A stretch of 63,479 nucleotides of DNA, counting the filler, from Octopus bimaculoides (Eukaryota), in assembly GCF_001194135.2 (NCBI RefSeq). It is 8 parts of 8 records of this genome, joined end to end, with 100 filler letters (N's around TTAATTAATTAA, not from the genome) between each part and the next. Parts side by side here need not be neighbours in the genome. Positions count along the whole stretch, not along the records: positions 51,193 to 56,861 come from NW_026410986.1; positions 56,962 to 59,339 come from NC_068998.1; positions 59,440 to 61,773 come from NW_026415696.1; positions 61,874 to 63,479 come from NC_068989.1; 4 more parts are not named here. The stretch is one strand, 5' to 3'. The translations under genes were made by a program, and so were the position numbers. Below, in pieces: positions 54,666 through 63,479 of the stretch (its first letter is position 1; the number at the start of each line of letters is the position of its first letter). The notes beneath the pieces were generated by a model that worked only from the letters and a program-made list of their open reading frames with translations, did not search any database and had not been told where the DNA came from.

Positions 54666-55523
54666 CAACTACTAGAAGTAATGTAATCGACTTGCTTCTT
54701 TTCGTAAAATTGCTGGTTTTGAGCAAAAACTAAAAGGAAACACTATATTCTTTACAATATGCTTCAGAAATTATTTCTTTCCTCATTAATCTCTTCAATA
54801 TTTCCCTCTCAATGAAGATCTATTGCGTCCATAGAAATACGCTACCAAATGTCTCGTCCCAATGAAGCATAACTTTTCTTATCTTCATGTTTCCCTACCA
54901 CATTTACAATATATCGGTTGTGATGGAAGCAATAATAAGCAATGATCTTCTTTATCAGCTTTTAGTCTTTCTCGTCATTCTCAGTAAACACCTCTTGGCT
55001 TCAGTCGAGTCACGAGAAATCTGTGCCCTTGATGACTTCGGACAAAACAAGGTTATTAATATTGGTTTCAACCTTTAGCACAAAACCGTAAAATTCGGGT
55101 GAGGAGTAAAAAAGTCGATTACATAGACACCATTATGGACCCTCTTCGGCCATGAATGACCATGGAATTGCGCTTAGAAAGGTGCTACGCACTGGGATTA
55201 GACCCAGAACTGTGAGGTAGGGAAACAAACTTCTTACCACACAGCCATACCTGCGCTTATATATGTATATATATATATATATATATATNNNNNNNNNNNN
55301 NNNNNNNNNNNNNNNNNNNNNNNNNNNNNNNNNNNNNNNNNNNNNNNNNNNNNNNNNNNNNNNNNNNNNNNNNNNNNNNNNNNNNNNNNNNNNNNNNNNN
55401 NNNNNNNNNNNNNNNNNNNNNNNNNNNNNNNNNNNNNNNNNNNNNNNNNNNNNNNNNNNNNNNNNNNNNNNNNNNNNNGTGTGTATGTATGTATATATAT
55501 ATATATGTGTGTATGTATGTATG

Positions 55524-55557
<34 letters not shown>

Positions 55558-56212
55558 TATATGTATGTAAAGAATAAAGACTCATTTCGGTCATGAAGGA
55601 CCATGGGTCTGCACTTAGAAAGTTACCCTCCGTGGCACAAGTCCGTGCAAGGTTGTTTATAGAAGACCATGCATACCAACCTCACCTCAACCCGCCTCCA
55701 ATGTTATCCAAGGGAAAGCCAAATACTGATACAGCTTGGAACCAGTGACGCTGCAACTCATTTTTACAGCCCAGTGAACTGGAGCTACATGAAGTAAAGT
55801 GTCTTGCTCAAGAACACTCAACTAGTATTTATTTTATCGACCTCGAATGGATGAAACTTTGACACAAAGCCAGCAATTTCAGTTGAGGCGTAAGTTGATT
55901 CTCTCGACCCTAGTGCTTAACTGTTACTTATTTTATCGACTCCGAAAGGACGAAAGGCAAAGTCGACCTCGGCGGAATTTGAACCTAAAGACGGACGAGA
56001 TGCCGCTAAGCATTTTACCCGATGCGGTAACGATTCTGCCAGCTTACCGCCTTACAAGCTTATTAATATTGACATCAATAAAGCCTTAGATATTAACAAT
56101 AAAGACTTGGAGATTATTCTAGTAAAGCGAGCCCACCTAATCTTGTGGATCTCGAGTTTCCTGTCAGACCGCCTCTTCATACTGTGTGTCTGTGGGAGAT
56201 TTTCTTTCTTTA

Positions 56213-56247
<35 letters not shown>

Positions 56248-56961
56248 CTCTCACGTTATATTAACTGTAGTGTACTTCGGTGTCGGGTTCCATCCCCCAC
56301 ACATTTTTTGTTATGTACACCAAAGCAATCTTCCGTGTAACATGTTAACACAATTTGTTACTCCATGCTAGATATATACACAACAGTTAGTGTTTCTTCT
56401 CTCTGTCTCTTCTTTCGCAACTACAATGTTTCATGCTTCATTCATATAGCAAACTATTTTCAAACTCTTCCCCCGTCCCCAACCTTGCCCCGATATACCT
56501 TCCTTTGCCGGCGGAGCTTCAACATGGCAGCTCGGTCTACAAGAAATATGAAACAAATCTCCCTCAAACGACACCTGTAAAAATGGAAGGATATAATGAA
56601 TAATGCAGGTCCTTTATACACTAACCTTCAAATAATGACTAGATTGTCACCGTTAGAACGTCTTTGAGGACAAGCAAGCTTAGTGAAAATTGACGTAGGG
56701 TTAAACATCAGCAACAATATTTATCGTTCCGTCTATATTACTAAAATACCCCGTACCCTGTACATCATATATTTATTTCTTTATTGCCCACAGGGAGCTA
56801 AACATAAAGTAGACAAACAAGGACAGACAAAGGGATTCAGTTGATTACATCGACCCCAGTGNNNNNNNNNNNNNNNNNNNNNNNNNNNNNNNNNNNNNNN
56901 NNNNNTTAATTAATTAANNNNNNNNNNNNNNNNNNNNNNNNNNNNNNNNNNNNNNNNNNNN

Positions 56962-57140
56962 CTCCTTGTTTTCTCCGTGTTTTTCTCCTTGTTTTCTCCG
57001 TATTCTTTCTGTTGAAGAGCGTAGCTCGAAACGTTAAAGACTTTCTGTATTCCCGAGCGTCAAACTAATACATCCTTTTGTTGTTTACACCACCTGTCCT
57101 CGTCTGTTGTTGTTTTCTTTTCGTACATTCTCCCATATAT
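56962..57140 (+). mobile_element. Penelope-like terminal repeat, young family (copy 2)
   Basis: Inverted near-identical copy of 40424-40600; ends in a short TATATA tract. Confidence 0.55.
57004..57040 (+). ncRNA. Hammerhead-like motif, variant core CUGUUGA (copy 2)
   Basis: TCTTT-CTGTTGA-A-GAGC(GTA)GCTC-GAAA-CG-T-T-AAAGA. Helix I TCTTT/AAAGA, helix II GAGC/GCTC, AACGTT palindrome at helix III. Confidence 0.6.
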
Positions 57141-59199
57141 ATATATGATTACATATAGTATATATATATATCAAAGTTTTCTTTCTGGATGAGTTATCCT
57201 TACCACGTCTAAGGAACCCCTTCTTTGACCAATTTCCAGCAAGAAGGCTGCTCTTGCCCTGCAAAGGTAAGCTAAAAACTAAAGTCTGAAGCGATGCAAT
57301 ATTCCCTTTTCTTTCTGGGAACACCAAGTATCGTAACGCAAGACCTGGCGCTAGTCCTGCTTCCCCTCAATCCAAAGATTTGAGCAAAGTCGACATGAAC
57401 ATCGGGACCAACTTCGTGAAAGCATGAAAGCACACTGGCAAACCGTCGGTCGTCTAAATGAAAACCTTTCTTGTCATTGTAGCTTTGTTGTACGGAGCAA
57501 AGAAACCACGTAGTAAATGATCCACAAGCACTCGAGCAAACTGAGTCCTCAACTCGTCCCACTTGCCAAAAGATTTGCAAGGCAGCAGCAGACCCTTTTG
57601 TAGTTAACAAGATCCGAGAAAATATTAAAAAGCAGCTTTTCCTTGGATATAGACTGTTTTAACGGGGTACGAATTTCGAAGAATGCTGCCGTTGCATGGT
57701 ATTTATCATGGAATTTGTTTGTGTTTCAAAATTGAATGCTTGAAAATATTTCATTTCTGAGGAATAGGAATCACTAGAAATAACAAGCTGTGTTAAATTT
57801 ATTTGTCGTAGTTATTGTTATGTTGAATACTCCTTACGAATCAATGATTAAAACTGTTTCAAATAAACGCTGACCTTGTATCGAAATCAAAATTTATAGC
57901 ATAAAATGGAATTTTAATATACGCACATGAAATACTGGTGTGCATACATATTTTTAACGTAGAACGCTAGTGGCGGTAATATTTGTCAGAGGAATTTTTC
58001 AAATGGACCTTTTTCAAATGAACCTTTCTCAAATAGATCTTTTTCAAAAGGGCTTCATTCAGAATGTCAGTGGACAGCCAGACAAAGTATTTCGGCTTGA
58101 TCTGGTCTCTTTGATGACGAATACTCCCGGCTTCCTTCGCCAACCGTTTATTTTCTTTGCTTTTTACTCTGATAAAGAGATGGTTAAACAAAACCTTTAC
58201 TGATTCGTGTGAAATCTATCCCAGATAGAATTAGATTAATAGAATTAAACTAGTATTCGTTCTTAAAATAGCATAGCATTAGATTTAAATACCGGTGTGT
58301 GTAGCATATATGTGCATACAAGCGTGGAACGGCCCTAGCTGTCAATTCTTAGTAAATGCCGAGTTCTTACGTTGACTGAATCAATTTTAAATGTAAACGT
58401 TGATTGAAAATACTGCGTTGAATGAAAATACTGCTTCGTTCTCTAATAAATGCCTCTTCGAGAAATGAATTTCAGCGATGATTCAAATAAAGACCAAATC
58501 GATGAACCGTCTTTATAGGACGGACTAACCGATGGGAGGTGTACCATCACTTCTCTGGTCACAATTAGACAATTTGATAAAATCCATTGCAAAAGCGGTC
58601 AGATCTATAAATCTTCTGATACGTCTCAATTGAGTTAATATGAGATTGCTTATTCTATTCTAAAGGATTCCTATATAAACCTTTAGGAAACGGCGCAGTT
58701 TTGTTTTTTAAATGAAAGCTTACTTTAGCCGTCACTCACAAGCAATTATGACTTAATAATTTGAACTACGCTTTCCTTAATTGTTTTAGGTACTTATGTA
58801 ATCATAGGCAGGCTGATCCTCCCCTTGCACTGCCACTCTCAGCAGCATAACGTGGATATGACAGCTAGAGGGAGAGCTGCAGCAGTACTCACTTGGTACT
58901 CATTTACGGCTGAGTGCCCTGAGGCAAAGTGAAATGAGGTATCTTGCTGAATGATATCATGCATCTCCCAGTTCAGTTATCGAACTCACGACCCAAAGGT
59001 CGTGAGTGAAACACCTTATACACGTAGCCATGACAAAAAAAGATGTGTATATCTACATTCTTTTTATTATCAATTCTAAGGGCAAGGCAGCGAGCTGATA
59101 GAACCGTTAGCTCGCCGTGTGAATATCGATATATATGTATATGTATACGTGTATGTTAATGTATATATACATATATATAGATATATGTATATATATAGG

Positions 59200-59250
<51 letters not shown>

Positions 59251-59442
59251 ATAAATATAGGTATAGGCATAAATATATATGTATAAATATGTATATATAT
59301 ACACATATACACGGATATATATATATATATATATATATANNNNNNNNNNNNNNNNNNNNNNNNNNNNNNNNNNNNNNNNNNNNTTAATTAATTAANNNNN
59401 NNNNNNNNNNNNNNNNNNNNNNNNNNNNNNNNNNNNNNNCCT

Positions 59443-59683
59443 ATCATAGTATGTGCCTTAGGTATAATAAAAAAATATTCAGACAAATACATAACAAAAA
59501 CACCAGGACTTACAAATATATATAACATACAGAAAATTGCACTACTGGGCACTGCACACATCCTACGCAAAACACTTTCAATACAGTAACCATAAGAGCA
59601 TCACAGCAAACCACAGCACATACCGAAGGCACACAGAGCTGCGCTCGGTAGTGAAGTGAAAGCACGTTATAAAAATAAAACTA

Positions 59684-59686
<3 letters not shown>
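59443..59686 (+). mobile_element. Dong/R4-clade LINE 3' end inserted at (AAT)n
   Basis: IIVCALGIIKKYSDKYITKTPGLTNIYNIQKIALLGTAHILRKTLSIQ* (59443-59589), typical of the C-terminus of REL-endonuclease LINEs. The 3' UTR is followed directly by (AAT)n at 59687-59758, the known Dong target. Confidence 0.75.
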
Positions 59687-59759
<73 letters not shown>

Positions 59760-59810
59760 GCATCGAAAAGTACCTTAGGAATGAGAACAGAGGTTCAAAA
59801 TTACCCAAAG

Positions 59811-59854
59811 ACACCTGATGAAGGCTGAAGGGTATATCAGCCGAAACGATGTGT
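59811..59854 (+). ncRNA. Hammerhead-like motif, probably inactivated (A at position 16.1)
   Basis: ACAC-CTGATGA-A-GGCTGA(AGGGTATA)TCAGCC-GAAA-CG-A-T-GTGT. Helices I and II are intact, but the U required before the cleavage site is an A. Confidence 0.5.
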
Positions 59855-59919
59855 TAGCAACAAACAAGATGAGGAGAAATATCCGTCTAATGCAAATAAT
59901 GTAAAAGAATTTATGTAAA

Positions 59920-61560
59920 AGAAATGCAAACAGGTGACAAGGATGGAAATACTAATATGTGTGACATATTCCCCTGGATCGGATCTACTTATTCACATCG
60001 GAATACAGATGAATCCATGAATGAGAGACCTGCTGAAGAAGGAGACACAGCAAAAATGAGCCTACCTTCACCAATGGGTATAACTAAGGAGAGGAAAGGT
60101 CTACAAAAGGAAAAAGTGTAAAAAAAAAGATAAAAGGAACAGTAAATGAAGAAAAACAGTTTATAGAAACCTCTGATGATAACACGAATAAAAGGAGGAA
60201 AACAAACAAAAGGGAGCCTTGAAGAAAAACAACTAAGAAAACCAAGGAGTGAGACGCGATGGTACAAATATTTAGGGTGTGTACACAAATGTGTAAATTA
60301 CTTCATCGCAGTGTCTGCTGGCATTGAGATGATGGTACAAACTGTCGCTTCCTATATCCCAAACCATTATACAGGTAGAACATAAACTTCCCTAAAAAGA
60401 AAGCCCCTAAAAGACAGAGACTTCAAAGAGGAAAAAGTCATGCATCACCTATATCGAAACAAAAATTTGCTGGTGTGGTGCGCATTACCTCTAACAGCTA
60501 GCCCTATCTAGAAGCTCTCATAAGGGCTACAGCTAAGCAACAATCTTTTTTATGCAAAGTACAAATGATTGTGCAGCAGCTGACCTGGCTACAACAATTC
60601 CAGGGTGAGAACCATCCCCACCAACATACAAGACTACCACAGCCAATGGATTCAGGGTATCCACAACTGGCATCATCACAGATGGCGCATCAATATTTTT
60701 ATGAACATCAGAGGAGTATTACAATTCAGTAACAGAACCAGAAATCCCTTCTTTGGAGTCATTTTTGCATGCAATCAAGACTTATACATAGCACGCACCG
60801 AAGCACACTTAAAACCCGACATAGTAGATGTAGAAATACAGATACCAAAATATGTTGTGTTGCGAAGTGTCAGAAAAGACAGGAGTCATGGTGAAGTTGA
60901 AATGGTTATCCGTGAAGACCTCACGCCCCAATCCTTTTGTCGCACTCAAACTCGTTGTTTTACACGCAGATTGCACAACTCTATATAGTTATATGTACTA
61001 CTTATCGCCCACCAGATGCTCCAAAAATGGGCCTATTCGAGGACTACTCTGCAAGAATAGAAATTTTAACCAAACTAGAACAACATATCAATGCACCAGT
61101 TGAAGAGAGACATCAACCTGCCCAATGTAGGATGGTCTGAGGGCCTTTTTCTCTCAGGAATTACACGATGTGAGCAAAGTCAGGTAGAATCACTACTCAA
61201 ACTCATGAATAAATTATACATGAAACAACCAACTAGGGTAAACAATATACATAGTCTTTACTTCACAAACAATATGGATCTCATCAATACCATGAAAGTG
61301 ACATCGACGCTAGTCTCGTATTACAACATAAAAGCAACTAACTTTGTATCTATCCAGTCTGAACATCCATAAAGCAAACTGGAAATCAAGAGAGAAAAAG
61401 ATCGTCAAACAGGATTGGTCCCAATGTCTCTATATACCTGACACCGACATGAAATTCAAAGAATTCATATCCATAATGCGAGCCATATGCTGCAACCTTG
61501 TCCCAGAAAGAAAGGACACTGCACATAAAAAAAGGTACACAGGGAGAGAAAATTTCTTAT
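59920..61560 (+). mobile_element. CR1-type LINE 5' half: ORF1-like remnant plus frameshifted APE endonuclease domain, no RT
   Basis: APE-type motifs in order: RTEAHLKPDIVDVEIQIPKYVVLRSVRKDRSHG, TYRPPD, RDINLPNVGW (GDFNLP-like), QPTRVNNIHSLYFTNN. Confidence 0.75.
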
Positions 61561-61874
61561 GAGACATACATAGTGTGTCCTTTGATTAATTTTAATCCTT
61601 CAGCTATTTCATGTTTTTCTTTTCTTTGAGGTCTACAATCGCCCATATTATTGATTCTATTATTATCATTGTTAAATTGTTACATTAGATAATAACAGGG
61701 GCAATGATATCTTCGTAAATTATTGTTTCGTGAATTATTTACTCCGTTATGAAACATATATTTATGTATGTATNNNNNNNNNNNNNNNNNNNNNNNNNNN
61801 NNNNNNNNNNNNNNNNNTTAATTAATTAANNNNNNNNNNNNNNNNNNNNNNNNNNNNNNNNNNNNNNNNNNNNG

Positions 61875-61891
61875 GGGGGACGCAGACACAA

Positions 61892-61940
<49 letters not shown>

Positions 61941-62108
61941 CATATATACGACGGGCTTCTTTCAGTTTCCTTCTACCAAATCCACTCACAAGGCTTTGGT
62001 CGGCCCGAGGCTATAGTAGAAGACACTTGCCCAAGGTGCCACGCAGTGGGAATGAACCCGGAACCATGTGGTTGGTAAGCAAGCTACGTACCACACAGCC
62101 ACTCCTGC
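61875..62108 (-). mobile_element. SINE family A, 5' half, low divergence
   Basis: Close match to the head/core of 2728-2890. Confidence 0.8.
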
Positions 62109-63431
62109 GATATATGGAACACTCAACCACTTACATGTTAACATAGCGACCAGATAACTCAGTTGAACGGATAAGTGAATGCTCATCCTAGCAGCCGACG
62201 GAAGACCCATAAGTACCGATGATGGCGAAGCCCCAGCATTGCTACTACCAATTGATAGGTGGCACAAATTAAGAAAAATACGTTGTCCTTCCCTCGTTGT
62301 TGCTATTGTTTAGCTCTAGGTCAGTCCTGTTTAAGCAAACTGAGTGATGAATGACATTCTATTCGTGACCTTCCCACCTCTTTCTTATTTTCCAGACAAC
62401 ATATCTGGGTCATGCAAATGTGTCTTTAAGTTATTAACTTTTTTTATTGCGGTAGGATGTAGTTTGTAGGTGATTTGGCTGCTATCTTTTGCATCGTAGG
62501 AGACAATAGAAGGCTCACCTGCTGACTTGTGTCAATATGGTGGAGTTAAGTGTGCAAATTGTCGAATGCGCAATTCGGTTTCATTTTCGGTTCCTAACAC
62601 TGATATAAAAAGGTTTTTCGGCACCCGGGAACCAAGATACTTTAGTTGACCCCTGCTAATTTAATCAACAGGGATGATAATAAAGCAGAGGAAATTTCGC
62701 GTTCCTTTACACATGCGTTCAGTGGTGGAGGTCTCTAGCAACTGACCCCACCCATCCGGCTTCCCTTATATGCCGCTAATTTCCAGTTAGTTACTTTACT
62801 AAAATGCTTACTAACCTACCAACATAGTGTACTTGATAAATAGATAAGTATTCGGAGTTGTATTTATGTGTTTAGTATCATTGTAAAATTCAGTCAAGTA
62901 TGGTTAAGAAATCCGCTTTGCAGTCACGAGGTTTCGGGTTCAGCCCCATTGTGCGACACGTTAGATACGAGTTTCTTCTACAATTGACCTGGGCCGATCG
63001 ATGTAAACGAAAACTGTGGCGAAGCCTGACTTATATCTGTGTGTGTGTGTGTGTCTGTGTGCACGTGTGTGTGCGCGCTTGTGTGTATATATGTATGTGT
63101 CATTTATGCATATGTGTATGTGTATATGTATGCATGTATGTATATATGTATGTTATCAATCAGTTTCATTTCTGTATTTCTTGTCCATAGAGAAAGAGCC
63201 GGACTCTAACATAGATTCAAGGCTCCTTCATTGGAACTTTTATCAACATCATCTAGGTATTTGTGCATATGTGTGTGTGCAGTATTTAGTGTTAGTGTAT
63301 GCGCAGATTTGTATGTTTGTTTTATGGATGCGTTTTTATGTCTAGATGCATGCATATGTATTTATGTGCTAAATTTTTGGAAAGTTTTACATATCTTTAC
63401 AGTTCCATTGATGGCTTGAATCTGTAGTCTT

Positions 63432-63479
63432 CTAATCAGCCTTTTTCTTTCAGGTTTTGAGAACCCTAATTTTTCCAGG
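63432..63479 (+). other. Candidate 3' splice site and start of an exon at the window end
   Basis: Branch-like CTAAT (63432), pyrimidine tract and CAG|G at 63453/63454; the phase-1 frame reads xFENPNFSR to the edge. Confidence 0.4.

Overview
Eukaryotic, AT-rich, microsatellite-laden DNA from a gapped draft assembly. The SINE/LINE families and the TTAATTAATTAA spacers inside N-runs suggest an octopus genome, possibly Octopus bimaculoides; this rests on my recognition of the repeats, not a database search. No long intact protein-coding ORF is present, and nearly all listed ORFs are microsatellite or N-gap artefacts. The window is mostly intron/intergenic sequence containing three tRNA-derived SINE families, CR1-type and Dong/R4-type LINE fragments, two decayed Tc1/mariner transposases (one mariner, one DD37D/maT-like), MITE-like inverted repeats and a short solo LTR. 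A few phase-compatible exon candidates could belong to an unidentified + strand gene (low confidence). The most interesting signal is seven minimal type-I hammerhead-ribozyme-like motifs in five sequence families, in Penelope-like terminal repeats that mostly run into (TA)n. Six have a self-complementary helix III. Two families carry non-canonical cores in both of their copies (CUGUUGA, A6U; YCGAUGA, U4C). Also notable are a 166/167-identical inverted duplication inside an old maT fossil, a ~460 bp foldback element, a SINE/LINE shared 3' tail and a perfect DR5 nuclear-receptor site.
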